A DNA stretch of 64,000 nucleotides from contig PLLC01000088.1 in the NCBI GenBank assembly GCA_003141195.1, positions 8,595 to 72,594 of the forward strand. The letters are read 5' to 3'. Origin of the DNA: Syntrophaceae bacterium. GTDB taxonomy: Bacteria > Desulfobacterota > Syntrophia > Syntrophales > UBA5619. The notes beneath the pieces are model-generated. The model saw nothing but the letters and a program-made list of their open reading frames with translations. It had not been told where the DNA came from and did not search any database. This document shows positions 27,841 through 38,012 of the stretch, in pieces (positions within the stretch are counted from its first letter, which is position 1; each line of letters opens with the position of its first letter). Both the position numbers and the translations under genes were made by a program.

Positions 27841-28019
27841 TTAACAGCCTGTTGAAAAAGTCCTGATCCGGGCTGTTCAAAAGCTTGTCCCGTACAGGAT
27901 ACGGGATGTCCGGATGCAAGGCCCCCGAAATCCTGAGCCATGAGGCGTACCTTCTGGTACGTTGAACGGCGAAGGATGAGGGGAACGCGGCAGACGGGCG
28001 TTTTTCAACAGCCCGTTAA
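27841..28019. repeat. MITE-like element, full-length copy
   Basis: TTAACAGCCTGTTGAAAAAG ... CGTTTTTCAACAGCCCGTTAA termini. Aligns along its length with 12788-12966. Confidence 0.8.
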
Positions 28020-28094
28020 AGAATCGGGCTCGGCCCGGATACACCTCCGCGTCGCGGCGGATAGCCCCTGAAAAAAAGTAAGGAGGCTGTGACC

Positions 28095-29381
28095 ATGCGC
28101 ATCCTGATGTTCGGATGGGAATTTCCGCCCCGGATGAGCGGCGGTCTGGGTACGGCCTGCTACGGCATGACGGCGGCCCTGGCCGGCCTTGGTCACCGGA
28201 TCACCTTCGTCCTGCCGCAGGATGGAGAGGCGGGCGCGGCCCCCTTTTTGGATCTGGTCTCCGCCTCCGGCGTCCCCGTGTCCGATAACGACCGGGATGA
28301 CGGCATGGAGGCGCTCCTCCGGCGTCTGACGCTCCGCCCCCTTCCCTCCCTGCTCCATCCCTATCTGGATCCGGGGCATTACCACGCCCTGTATCTCTCG
28401 GAACGAAGGAGATTTTCGGAAACGGCCCGTGTTTACGGCCCCGATCTGATCGCCGAGGTGATCCGCTACGGCCAAGCCGGCGGCGTCCTCGCCCGCACCC
28501 TTTCCTTTGACGTCATCCATGCCCACGACTGGATGACCGTCCCTGCCGCACTCCTAGCCCGCCGGATCAGCGGCCGGCCGCTCGTCCTCCATATCCACTC
28601 CCTCGAATACGACCGGAGCGGCGAGAAGGTGAACGAAGAGATCCGGGCGATCGAACGGGAAGGCATGGAAAAGGCCGACCGGATCATCGCCGTCAGCCAC
28701 CGGACAAAGCGGATGATCGCGGAACGCTACGCCATCCCCCCGGAGAAAATCTCCGTCGTCTACAACGCCGTCACGCGGACGGAGGCGCAACGGGCCTACC
28801 GCACCGAGCGACCGGGGGAGCGGAAAATGGTCCTCTTTCTCGGCCGGATCACCTTCCAGAAGGGACCGGACTACTTCGTCGAGGCGGCGGCCCAAGTCCT
28901 CCATGTCCTTCCCGACGTCACCTTCGTCATGGCCGGCGCGGGCGACATGATGGGACGGATGATCGAGCGCGTGGGAGAACTGGGGATCGGAGACCGTTTC
29001 CATTTCACCGGATTCCTCCAGGGCGAGGAGATCGAGCGGATCTTCTCCCTGAGCGACCTCTACGTCATGCCAAGCGTTTCCGAGCCGTTCGGCATCTCCC
29101 CCCTCGAAGCGATGATGTACGACGTCCCGGTGATCCTCTCCCGCCAGTCCGGCGTTTCCGAGATCCTGAAGCATGCGCTGAAGGTCAATTTCTGGGACGT
29201 CCGGGAGATGGCCTCCAAGATCATTGCCGTCCTGAAACACCCCGTCCTGGCCGGCGCGATGGCGGAAAAGGCCCGCGAGGAGCTCCGGAAGATCCGCTGG
29301 GAAAAAGCCGCAGAGAGGATCGCGGCGATCTACCGCGAGGCGGTCTCCGGCGCGCCGGAACCGGAACGGGGACAGATTTGA
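28095..29381 (+). CDS. Glycosyltransferase (GT4/GT5, archaeal-type glycogen synthase-like)
   Basis: MRILMFGWEFPPRMSGGLGTA, HAHDWM and a C-terminal E-x7-E-type region (VMPSVSEPFGISPLEAM). AGGAGG RBS 8 nt upstream. Confidence 0.75.
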   Translation: MRILMFGWEFPPRMSGGLGTACYGMTAALAGLGHRITFVLPQDGEAGAAPFLDLVSASGVPVSDNDRDDGMEALLRRLTLRPLPSLLHPYLDPGHYHALYLSERRRFSETARVYGPDLIAEVIRYGQAGGVLARTLSFDVIHAHDWMTVPAALLARRISGRPLVLHIHSLEYDRSGEKVNEEIRAIEREGMEKADRIIAVSHRTKRMIAERYAIPPEKISVVYNAVTRTEAQRAYRTERPGERKMVLFLGRITFQKGPDYFVEAAAQVLHVLPDVTFVMAGAGDMMGRMIERVGELGIGDRFHFTGFLQGEEIERIFSLSDLYVMPSVSEPFGISPLEAMMYDVPVILSRQSGVSEILKHALKVNFWDVREMASKIIAVLKHPVLAGAMAEKAREELRKIRWEKAAERIAAIYREAVSGAPEPERGQI

Positions 29382-29392
29382 AATCTGTCCCC
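29368..29392. repeat. Type A palindrome
   Basis: Perfect copy. Its central TTTGAAA provides the TGA stop (29379-29381) of the glycosyltransferase. Confidence 0.9.
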
Positions 29393-29433
29393 GTGTAAGC
29401 GTGTAAGGAAGCGTGGAAAATAAAAAATAACAA

Positions 29434-30666
29434 ATGCCGAGCGTCTGCCTCTACTTTCAGGTCCACCAGCCCTGCCGTCTGCGGCGGTACTCCTTCTTCG
29501 ACGTGGGCCATCTGCATGACTACGAGGACGATGCGGAGAACCGCCGGATCCTGGACCGCGTCGCGGAGAAATGCTATCTTCCCGCCGGCGCCCTCCTGCT
29601 TCAGTTGATTGAGGAATACGGCGGCGCCTTCCGGGTCGCCTTTTCCCTCTCCGGGGTGGTCCTCAACCAACTGGAACGGTACCGCCCGGACGTCCTGGAG
29701 GGCTTTCAACGTCTAAGCGCGACGGGATGCGTCGAGTTCCTGAACGAGACCGACGGCCACTCCCTCGCATTTCTCTCCTCGCCGCGGGAATTCCGGGAGC
29801 AAGTCCTCCGCCACCGGGAGCGGATCCGTTCCCTCTTCGGACAGGAGGGCCGGACCTTCCGCCACACGGAGCTGATCTACAGCAACGCCCTCGCGGCGGC
29901 GGTAGAAAAGATGGGCTACCGGGCGATCCTCGCCGAGGGGACCGAAAAAATCCTCGGCCGGCGGAGCCCCAACTTGGTGTACCGACCGACCGGCTGCAAA
30001 AAACTGAAGCTCCTCTTGCGGAACTACCGCCTTTCGGACGACGTGGCCTTCCGCTTCTCCGACCGGAACTGGGCCGAATACCCGCTCACGGCGGCCAAAT
30101 ACGCCCACTGGCTCCATCGGATCCGGCGGGAGGAGGCGGTCGTCAACCTCTTCATGGACTACGAGACCCTGGGCGAGCACCAGTGGCGGGAAACGGGGAT
30201 CTTCGACTTTCTCAAGGCGCTGCCCGGGGAGATCCTCCGTCACCCCGATTTTTGCTTCCGGACACCCGCGGAAGCGGCCGAAGCCCACGAGGCGGCCGGT
30301 GAAATCGACTGCCCCGGTTTCATCTCCTGGGCGGACGAGGAGCGGGACACGACGGCCTGGCTCGGCAACGCGATGCAGCAGGACGCCGCCCGCAAGCTCT
30401 ACCATCTCGAGACCGCCGTCCGCAGGCGGAAGGACGAAGGGGTTGTCCGGACCTGGCGGATGCTCCAGACGTCCGATCATTTTTACTACATGTGCACGAA
30501 ATGGTTTTCCGACGGGGATGTCCACCGCTACTTCAACCCCTATGAGTCGCCCTACGAGGCGTACATCAACTACATGAATATTCTCGACGATTTTTCCCAA
30601 TCCCTGAAAAAGACGAGCAAAGGAGAGAAGAGATGGCAGAGACGAGCCATTGCCTGTTTGAGGTGA
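29434..30666 (+). CDS. Glycoside hydrolase family 57 protein (alpha-amylase / branching-enzyme-like)
   Basis: LYFQVHQPCRLRRY, AFSLSGVVLNQLE and MDYETLGEHQW are GH57 signatures. Confidence 0.75.
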   Translation: MPSVCLYFQVHQPCRLRRYSFFDVGHLHDYEDDAENRRILDRVAEKCYLPAGALLLQLIEEYGGAFRVAFSLSGVVLNQLERYRPDVLEGFQRLSATGCVEFLNETDGHSLAFLSSPREFREQVLRHRERIRSLFGQEGRTFRHTELIYSNALAAAVEKMGYRAILAEGTEKILGRRSPNLVYRPTGCKKLKLLLRNYRLSDDVAFRFSDRNWAEYPLTAAKYAHWLHRIRREEAVVNLFMDYETLGEHQWRETGIFDFLKALPGEILRHPDFCFRTPAEAAEAHEAAGEIDCPGFISWADEERDTTAWLGNAMQQDAARKLYHLETAVRRRKDEGVVRTWRMLQTSDHFYYMCTKWFSDGDVHRYFNPYESPYEAYINYMNILDDFSQSLKKTSKGEKRWQRRAIACLR

Positions 30667-33600
30667 GCTGGGAGGTCTGCAACAAGGTCGGCGGGATCTA
30701 TACAGTGATCCGGAGCAAGCTCCCCGAGGCGACCCGGATCTTCGGGGAGGACTACTTCCTCCTCGGCCCGGACCTCAAGACGAACCTCGATTTCGAGGAA
30801 ACGGACGAGGAGTGCTGGAACCGGATCCGCGAAGGGGTGGCGATCAAAGACATCCCCTGCCGCTTCGGCCGCTGGAAGGTCCCCGGCGAGCCCAAGGCGA
30901 TCCTCGTCGGCTTCGGGAAAAAGTACGACAAGGACCAGCTTCTCTACAGGCTCTGGGAGGACTATGGCGTCGATTCCATCGCCGGGGGCCGGGATTACAT
31001 GGAACCGGTCATGTTCAGCTACGCCTGCAGCGAGGTGATCGAGACGGTCCACAACCTCCTCGTGCGCCCCAGGGGGATGAGAAGCGTCGCGCAGTTTCAC
31101 GAATGGATGACGGGAGCGGGGCTTCTCGGCCTGAAGAAGCGGGTCCCGGAGATCGGCACCGTCTTCACGACGCACGCGACGATGCTCGGGAGGACACTGG
31201 CCGGCTCCGGAATGGACATCTACACGGCGATGGACCACATCTCCCCCCAGCGGGAGGCGGGCGCCCACAACATCACGGCCAAATGCTCGATGGAGACGGC
31301 GTCGGCCCGCGAGGCGGACTGCTTCACGACGGTGAGCGAGATCACCGCCTCGGAGGCGAAGAATTTCCTCGGCCGGACGCCGGACCTGATCACCCCGAAC
31401 GGCCTCGACATGGAGCACATCCCCGACCTCGCGGTTGACCGGACGGAGGCCCGGAAGTTCCGGGAGAGGCTCCTTGCCGCCGCCGCCCGCTTCCTCCGCC
31501 GGGATTTTCCCGCAAATACACGGATCATGCTCATCTCGGGGCGCTACGAATACCACAACAAGGGGATTGACGTCTTTCTCGAGGCCCTCGGCCGCCTGAA
31601 CACCGAACAGGGACCGGACGAGACCGTCCTCGCCTTCCTCTTTGTGCTGGGAGGGTACACGGACCTGATCCCCTCACTCCAGAGCGACACGGCCCGGCCG
31701 GATCCCGGGAATCCCCCAATCGCCACCCATCGGCTGCACAATGAGGCTTCCGATCCCATCCTGCGGGCCTGCGACCGTCTCGGCCTCCGGAACCTCCCCC
31801 AGAACCGGGTCCAGGTCATCTTCATCCCGGCCTATCTGAACGGTCACGACGGCCTGATCGATATGACCTACTACGAGGCCCTGGCCGGATGCGATCTCGG
31901 GGTCTTTCCCTCCTACTACGAACCCTGGGGCTACACCCCCCTGGAAAGCGCGGCCCACGCCGTCCCCACAATCACGACCGATCAGGCCGGCTTCGGCCTC
32001 TGGGCCCAGCAGGCGGCGGGCGAGTGCGGCGGGATCATCCTCCTCAAACACCTGGGTCAGCCCATCGAGGCGATCACGGATAACCTCCACGGCATCTTCC
32101 GGACCTTTCTCGCCATGAGAGAGGAGGAGGTGCAGTGCATGCGGGCCGACGCCCGCGCCGTCGCCTGCCGGGCAAACTGGAAGGATTTCTACCAGAGCTA
32201 CACGGAGGCGTACGGCCGCGCCGTCGCGGCCGCCGTGGCCCGCACGGAGAAGATCGCCGCCAAAGACCTCAAGACGGAGCTGAAACACACCTTCGCCGGG
32301 ACGGTCTCCGTCCAGCCCCATTTCCGGACCTTTACGGCGGTGGCCAACCTCCCCGGGAAGATCTCCCGCCTCCGGGAACTCGCCTACAACCTCTGGTGGG
32401 CCTGGAATCCCCGCGCCCGCGACCTCTTCTCCTCCCTCGACACGAAGGTCTGGGCCCGGATGGGCAACAACCCCGTCCGAATGTTAGAGACGGTCTCCCC
32501 CGGGCGCCTCCTCGAAGCCTCGGAAAACGCCAGCTACCTGAGCCTCTACGGGCAGATCTTCCAGCAGCTCGACGACTACATGGGCGACCGAACCCCCTCC
32601 CCCCGGATCGGACCGCCGGACGGCCTGAAATGGTCGTCGCCGGTCGCCTACTTCTCGACGGAATATGGCCTCCACGAGTGCCTGCCCATCTACTCCGGCG
32701 GCCTCGGCACCCTCTCCGGGGATCACCTCAAGACGGCGAGCGACCTGAACATCCCCCTCACCGGCGTCGGCCTTCTTTACAAGAACGGCTTCTTCCGGCA
32801 GGTCATCGACCGCAACGGCGCCCAGGTGGAGGAGTATCCGGAGAACGATTTCTCCAGCATGCCGCTGCAGATCGTCCAGGACGACCGGGGCGACGCCGTG
32901 CAGATCTCCCTGGAGCTGCCCGGCCGGACGCTCTTTGCCAACATCTGGGAGGTCCACGTCGGGCGCGTCTCCCTCTACCTCCTCGACACGGACGTCCCGC
33001 GGAACACCCCCCAGGACCGGAAGATCACGGAGCGCCTCTACTGCGCCGATCCCCGGACGCGGATCGAGCAGGAGATCCTTCTCGGGATGGGCGGGGTCCG
33101 CCTCCTCCGGAAATTAGGGATCCGCCCCCGCGTCTACCATATCAACGAGGGGCACTCGGCGTTCCTGCTGTTCGAGCGGATCGGTTCGCTGATGACGGAG
33201 GAGGGGCTCTCCTTCGACGGGGCGAGCGAGGTCGTACGCGGGAGCACCGTTTTCACGACCCACACGCCGGTGGAGGCGGGCAACGAACGGTTCAGCAGCG
33301 AGCTGATCGAACACTACTTCGCGAATTTCGTGAAATGGACCGGGATCTCCTGGTCGCAGTTCTGGGAGTTAGGACGCAAGGAGAGCGGCGAAGGGAAGCC
33401 CTTCTTCATGACGATCCTCGCCCTCAAGATGGCCCACAAGAGCAACGCGGTGAGCCGCCTCCACGGTCAAGTCTCCCGGCGGATGTGGCAGGAGGTCTGG
33501 AAGGGGTGCGACGAATCGGACATCCCGATCGGCCACATCACGAACGGCGCCCACGTCCTCTCCTACATCTCCCCCCGGATGAAGGTCCTGCTGGACACCT

Positions 33601-34886
33601 ACCTCGGCCTGGACTGGGACCGTCACATCAGCGATTCCGAGCGGTGGGCGCGCGTCCAGGACATCCCCGATACCCTCCTGTGGCGAACGCGCTATGAGCT
33701 CAAGCAGAAGATGATCGACCTCCTCCGGGACGACCTCTCCCGGAACTGGATGAAGTACGGCTACACAAAGACCTGGCGGGAGGAGCTCTTCGCGAAGATC
33801 AACCCGGCGGCCCTGATGATCGGCTTCGCCCGGCGGTTCGCCCCCTACAAGCGGGCCGACATGCTCCTGTCCGATCTCGACCGGTTGGACAGGATCCTGA
33901 ACCACCCCACCCGCCCCGTCCACATTGTTTTCGCCGGCAAGGCGCACCCGAACGACAATATGGGGAAGGACCTGATCAAGAAGGTCATCTCCATCTGCAA
34001 GGACGAGCGGTTCCGGGGGAAGATCTTCTTCGTCGAGGGGTACGACATCCGGATTGCCCGCCACCTCGTCCAGGGGGTGGACGTTTGGCTGAACACCCCC
34101 CGGCGGCCGCTGGAGGCAAGCGGCACCAGCGGAGAGAAGGTGGTCGCCAACGGCGTCCTCAACCTCAGCATATCCGACGGGTGGTGGGTGGAGGGGTATG
34201 ACGGGACGAACGGCTGGACGATCGGCCCCGTCGTCCAGGGGTACGGCGAGGAGCCGGGCAACCCCGACGAGGAGGACAGCCAGTCCCTTTACACGCTCTT
34301 GGAGAACAGCGTGATCCCCCTCTTCTACGACCGCGAGATGTCGGGCCTCCCCGAGAGGTGGATCGCCATGATCAAGCGCTCCATGCAGACCCTCGTCCCC
34401 CGCTTCAACACGGAGCGGATGCTCGTCGAATACTACCGCGACCTTTACCTCCCCACGGCGAGGCGGGAACACGAACTCTACAGGGAGTCCTTCCGGATGG
34501 CACGAGAGCTGGCCGACTGGAAGCGGAAGATTCCCATGCGCTTCTCCTCCCTGCGCCTGCTGGACGTCAGCATCGATGGGATCCGCGGCGACACCATCCT
34601 CGTGGAGCAACCGTTCGACGTCAGCGTCCGGATCGATCCGGGAAAGTTAGAACCGGGAGAGGTCCTCGCGGAGCTGGTCATCGGAAATAAGGACGGCAAC
34701 GGCTTCGCTGAGCCGCCGGAGTACGTCCCCCTCCGACCGGTCGGGAAGGACGCGGACGGCGTTCTCACCTTCTCCGTCTCCTACACGGTCCGGCAGAACG
34801 GCGCCTACGCCTACGGCATCCGGGTGATCCCCTACCACCCCGACCTCGCCACCAAGCAGGAGACGGGGCTGGTCTACTGGGGGTAG
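30633..34886 (+). CDS. Fusion protein: GT3 (eukaryote-type) glycogen synthase N-terminal half plus GT35 alpha-glucan phosphorylase C-terminal half
   Basis: N-terminal half: LFEVSWEVCNKVGGIYTVIRSK, HEWMTG, FPSYYEPWGYTPLES. C-terminal half: LAYNLWWAWNP, YFS.EYGLHE..PIYSGGLG.LSGDHLK, EASGTSGEKVVANGVLNLS (PLP lysine context). Confidence 0.8.
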   Translation: MAETSHCLFEVSWEVCNKVGGIYTVIRSKLPEATRIFGEDYFLLGPDLKTNLDFEETDEECWNRIREGVAIKDIPCRFGRWKVPGEPKAILVGFGKKYDKDQLLYRLWEDYGVDSIAGGRDYMEPVMFSYACSEVIETVHNLLVRPRGMRSVAQFHEWMTGAGLLGLKKRVPEIGTVFTTHATMLGRTLAGSGMDIYTAMDHISPQREAGAHNITAKCSMETASAREADCFTTVSEITASEAKNFLGRTPDLITPNGLDMEHIPDLAVDRTEARKFRERLLAAAARFLRRDFPANTRIMLISGRYEYHNKGIDVFLEALGRLNTEQGPDETVLAFLFVLGGYTDLIPSLQSDTARPDPGNPPIATHRLHNEASDPILRACDRLGLRNLPQNRVQVIFIPAYLNGHDGLIDMTYYEALAGCDLGVFPSYYEPWGYTPLESAAHAVPTITTDQAGFGLWAQQAAGECGGIILLKHLGQPIEAITDNLHGIFRTFLAMREEEVQCMRADARAVACRANWKDFYQSYTEAYGRAVAAAVARTEKIAAKDLKTELKHTFAGTVSVQPHFRTFTAVANLPGKISRLRELAYNLWWAWNPRARDLFSSLDTKVWARMGNNPVRMLETVSPGRLLEASENASYLSLYGQIFQQLDDYMGDRTPSPRIGPPDGLKWSSPVAYFSTEYGLHECLPIYSGGLGTLSGDHLKTASDLNIPLTGVGLLYKNGFFRQVIDRNGAQVEEYPENDFSSMPLQIVQDDRGDAVQISLELPGRTLFANIWEVHVGRVSLYLLDTDVPRNTPQDRKITERLYCADPRTRIEQEILLGMGGVRLLRKLGIRPRVYHINEGHSAFLLFERIGSLMTEEGLSFDGASEVVRGSTVFTTHTPVEAGNERFSSELIEHYFANFVKWTGISWSQFWELGRKESGEGKPFFMTILALKMAHKSNAVSRLHGQVSRRMWQEVWKGCDESDIPIGHITNGAHVLSYISPRMKVLLDTYLGLDWDRHISDSERWARVQDIPDTLLWRTRYELKQKMIDLLRDDLSRNWMKYGYTKTWREELFAKINPAALMIGFARRFAPYKRADMLLSDLDRLDRILNHPTRPVHIVFAGKAHPNDNMGKDLIKKVISICKDERFRGKIFFVEGYDIRIARHLVQGVDVWLNTPRRPLEASGTSGEKVVANGVLNLSISDGWWVEGYDGTNGWTIGPVVQGYGEEPGNPDEEDSQSLYTLLENSVIPLFYDREMSGLPERWIAMIKRSMQTLVPRFNTERMLVEYYRDLYLPTARREHELYRESFRMARELADWKRKIPMRFSSLRLLDVSIDGIRGDTILVEQPFDVSVRIDPGKLEPGEVLAELVIGNKDGNGFAEPPEYVPLRPVGKDADGVLTFSVSYTVRQNGAYAYGIRVIPYHPDLATKQETGLVYWG

Positions 34887-35002
34887 GCGTCGGGCTGCAT
34901 TATGAGTATTCAAGCCTTTTCGTTTTACGGATGCCCTTGCGCCTTCGTCGTAGAAATGAATGATCATGGATAGAAGAACAGAGGAGTGGTTTTAAAAAAA
35001 AC

Positions 35003-35031
35003 TTGACAGCACCAATAAACAGGGTACTAAT
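35003..35031 (+). promoter_or_regulatory. Sigma70-like promoter candidate with upstream A-tract
   Basis: TTTTAAAAAAAAC-TTGACA-16/17 nt-TACTAAT, about 265 nt upstream of the first island gene. Confidence 0.4.
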
Positions 35032-35296
35032 GCCACACGGACCGGAAAAAGTCATGTGTAGGAATAGGGGCTTCGCTTTTCAGTTGAAAGCCTCGGCCCG
35101 CGAGGTGCACAGCGTTGAAAAGATTTTGAGCAAGAAGTAGCGGACGTTTCTGTATAGGTGCCGTACTTATGCCATTCCTGCCAGGTCACCTCATCAATGC
35201 CTCTCTCCTCCAGCGCCGGTACAGGATCACACTCCAGGACCAGTTCCTCCTTGGTAAGAAAATAGGGACAGAACTCTATTTCCCAGGAGGGCATTC

Positions 35297-36268
35297 ATGA
35301 AGTCAACCGTATCCGCCCGGGAAATGCTTCGGCTTTACCGAACCATGGTGACTGTCCGTAAATTTGAAACATTGGCCGGCGAGTTGTTTGCCGCCGGAAA
35401 GATCCCCGGGTTCATCCACTTGTCCATCGGCCAGGAGGCATCGTCGGTGGGTGTCTGCTCCGTACTTCGACCGGATGACTATATAGCCACCACCCACCGG
35501 GGACACGGCCATGTCATCGCCAAGGGCGGGGACCTGAAGAAGATGATCGCGGAGCTCATAGGCCGCAAGACGGGATATTGCAAGGGCAAAGGCGGCTCCA
35601 TGCATATTGCCGACTTTTCATTGGGCATACTGGGCGCAAACGGTGTGGTCGGCGGCGGGTTTCCCATCATTGTTGGGGCAGGATTGTCGGTAAAACTCCG
35701 CCATACAGACCAGGTGGCCGTCTGTTTCTTCGGCGACGGCGCTTCGAACCGCGGCACGTTCCACGAGGCCATGAACATGGCCTCCATCTGGAAGCTCCCC
35801 ATTTTGTTCGTTTGCGAGAACAACTGCTACGCATCGACTACGCCGACAACCTATGCCTGTTCCGTGACCAGCATTGCCACCCGCGCTGCCGGTTACAATA
35901 TCCCCGGGGTATCCGTGGACGGCAATGATATCCTAACTGTCCGTGAAGCCGCAGGCAGGGCAGTCGATCGGGCCCGCCGCGGCGATGGCCCTACCCTCCT
36001 TGAGAACAAGACATACCGAAGACGCGGCCACTTCGAGGGAGATCCTCAAAAATATCGAACTCAGGCAGAGGTGGCAGAATGGGAGAAAAACGATCCCCTT
36101 CTCCGCTTTGCTTCCGTCTTGAAAAAGAAAAAGCTCCTGATCGGTGAAAAGGAAAAAGAGATACAAGAACAGGTTGAAAGGGAACTAAAAGAGGCAGTGG
36201 CATTTGCCGAGCAGAGCGAGTGGCCCAATCCTGAAGAGGCCCTGGAGGACATGTTCATCAATCCTTAG
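35297..36268 (+). CDS. TPP-dependent 2-oxoacid/acetoin dehydrogenase E1 alpha subunit (AcoA/PdhA-like), copy 1
   Basis: GFIHLSIGQEA, THRGHGH, GKGGSMH, FFGDGASNRG and CENN motifs. Confidence 0.85.
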   Translation: MKSTVSAREMLRLYRTMVTVRKFETLAGELFAAGKIPGFIHLSIGQEASSVGVCSVLRPDDYIATTHRGHGHVIAKGGDLKKMIAELIGRKTGYCKGKGGSMHIADFSLGILGANGVVGGGFPIIVGAGLSVKLRHTDQVAVCFFGDGASNRGTFHEAMNMASIWKLPILFVCENNCYASTTPTTYACSVTSIATRAAGYNIPGVSVDGNDILTVREAAGRAVDRARRGDGPTLLENKTYRRRGHFEGDPQKYRTQAEVAEWEKNDPLLRFASVLKKKKLLIGEKEKEIQEQVERELKEAVAFAEQSEWPNPEEALEDMFINP

Positions 36269-36287
36269 CGAGACGGGGAATAAAACC

Positions 36288-37268
36288 ATGACAGAAAGGG
36301 TGATAAGCTGTTCCGTTGCCATCGCTGAGGCGCTCACTGAAGAGATGGCCCGGGATGAGACGATTTTCATCATTGGCGAGGATTTAGTCGCCCATGGCGG
36401 TATTTTCGGCCAGTTTAGAGGTCTGCCTGAGAGGTTTCCCGGCCGTGTCATCGACTCTCCCATATCCGAAGCCTGCATCGTCGGGGCCGGCCTGGGCGCG
36501 GCTCTCACCGGCATGCGGCCGCTGGTGGATATGCACTTCGCCGATTTCGTTACCTGCGCCATGGATGAGATCGTCAATCAGACGGCCAAAATCCGCTACA
36601 TGTTCGGCGGGCAAGTCAAAGTCCCTCTCGTCATTTGGGCGCCGGACGGCGCGGGATTGAGCGCGGCTGCGCATCATTCCCAGTCGTTGGAGAGTTGGTT
36701 CATTCACGCCCCGGGATTGAAGGTCGTTGTCCCCAGCGAGCCGGCCGACGTGAAGGGGCTTCTGACGGCGGCCATCCGCGACGACGATCCTGTCATCTTC
36801 TTCCAGCACAAGAAGCTTTTCTCCAGAGAAGGCCCCGTGCCCGAGGGCGAACATGTCGTCCCTTTGGGCAAGGCGGCGATCAAGCGCCCCGGCGCCGACG
36901 TGACCATCCTGACCTATGGATCGGGGTTCTACATGAGCATAGAGGCGGCCAATGAGCTTGCCGGCATGGGGATCGAGGCTGAAATCATCGACCTGCGAAC
37001 CCTGAAACCCCTCGATTTTGAAACCATTGCCGGTTCGATCAGGAAAACCAACCGGGCGGTGGTCGTCCATGAGGCCTGTCTCTCCGGCGGCTTCGGGGCC
37101 GAGGTGTCGGCCAGGATAACCAGTGAGCTGTTTGATTATCTGGATGCGCCGGTCCTTCGCGTGGCCGCCAAGGATGTTCCCATGCCCTTTTCACCCCGGC
37201 TGGAGAGCTTCGTCTTACCCAAAACCGAAGATGTGATCAACGCCGTGCGCCAAGTCACCTATCGATAA
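36288..37268 (+). CDS. E1 beta subunit (AcoB/PdhB-like), copy 1
   Basis: IIGEDL...GGIFG...DSPISE, AAHHSQSLE and IDLRTLKPLD motifs. Confidence 0.85.
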   Translation: MTERVISCSVAIAEALTEEMARDETIFIIGEDLVAHGGIFGQFRGLPERFPGRVIDSPISEACIVGAGLGAALTGMRPLVDMHFADFVTCAMDEIVNQTAKIRYMFGGQVKVPLVIWAPDGAGLSAAAHHSQSLESWFIHAPGLKVVVPSEPADVKGLLTAAIRDDDPVIFFQHKKLFSREGPVPEGEHVVPLGKAAIKRPGADVTILTYGSGFYMSIEAANELAGMGIEAEIIDLRTLKPLDFETIAGSIRKTNRAVVVHEACLSGGFGAEVSARITSELFDYLDAPVLRVAAKDVPMPFSPRLESFVLPKTEDVINAVRQVTYR

Positions 37269-37397
37269 GGGGAAAGAGGGGCTAGAAATTATAGATACCG
37301 ATTGATCGATTTTCACGGCACAGATTCACTTCGTTTTCACAGTATTTTAGGTTTATCTTCGACAGTGAAATCATTCTCACGGGGGGAGTAACCGGCG

Positions 37398-37910
37398 ATG
37401 GACAATAATGAGGTAAGGTTTCTGGCAGCGGAAGGGAGATATGGCCGTTTTGTTGCAGCGAGACTGCGACCCGGCACTGACCTGATCGGCGGGATCATGG
37501 CGGTCTGCCGCGCCCACAATATCAAGCAGGGCTATATCAGTTGTGTAATCGGCAGCCTGAAACAGGCGCAATATGTCCTTCCCATAACGGACGCGTCCAC
37601 GCCGTCCGGCATACGATATGGTGACCTGATTACAATCGGCGGTCCCATCGAATTTACAAGTGGTCAGGGGGTGATCTGCCAGTCGCCGGATGGGGAACTT
37701 ATGATCCACTTTCACGGATGCTTCTGCGGTCCCGACGGGCAGAGTCTGGCCGGCCATTTTTCGGCCGGCGGAAATCCCGTTCTGGTCACCGCGGAAATGA
37801 TTATTACTGAAATTTCGGGGATGCGCATGATGCGCCGCATGGATCCTGAAGTGGGGTTAATGATGATGAGTTTGGAACAGGGTGAGGAGCAGGGATGCTT
37901 TCGGAATTGA
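37398..37910 (+). CDS. PPC (DUF296) domain protein
   Basis: RLRPGTDL..., ISCVIGSLK, and the HFHGCF...GGH-type pattern of PPC/DUF296 proteins. Confidence 0.5.
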   Translation: MDNNEVRFLAAEGRYGRFVAARLRPGTDLIGGIMAVCRAHNIKQGYISCVIGSLKQAQYVLPITDASTPSGIRYGDLITIGGPIEFTSGQGVICQSPDGELMIHFHGCFCGPDGQSLAGHFSAGGNPVLVTAEMIITEISGMRMMRRMDPEVGLMMMSLEQGEEQGCFRN

Positions 37911-38012
37911 ACCGAGGGTGTATCCTGGCTGGTGCGGCGGATACCCACCGACGGTTCGATGGATTTAACTTTATTATTCGCCGCTTTAATATGAACTGAT
38001 GGAGGATTGCGC

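Noticed and set aside
35052-35294. 80-aa minus-strand ORF divergent from the first E1 alpha gene
   Set aside because: It has no recognisable motif and no convincing RBS. It lies within the probable 5' leader of the island operon. It may be a gene fragment but cannot be supported.
35040-35296. Sigma-54 promoter (AcoR-type control) upstream of the aco-like genes
   Set aside because: The closest match (GGTGCAC-N4-TTGAA) has wrong spacing and lacks the GC of the -12 element. No enhancer-binding protein gene is in the island.
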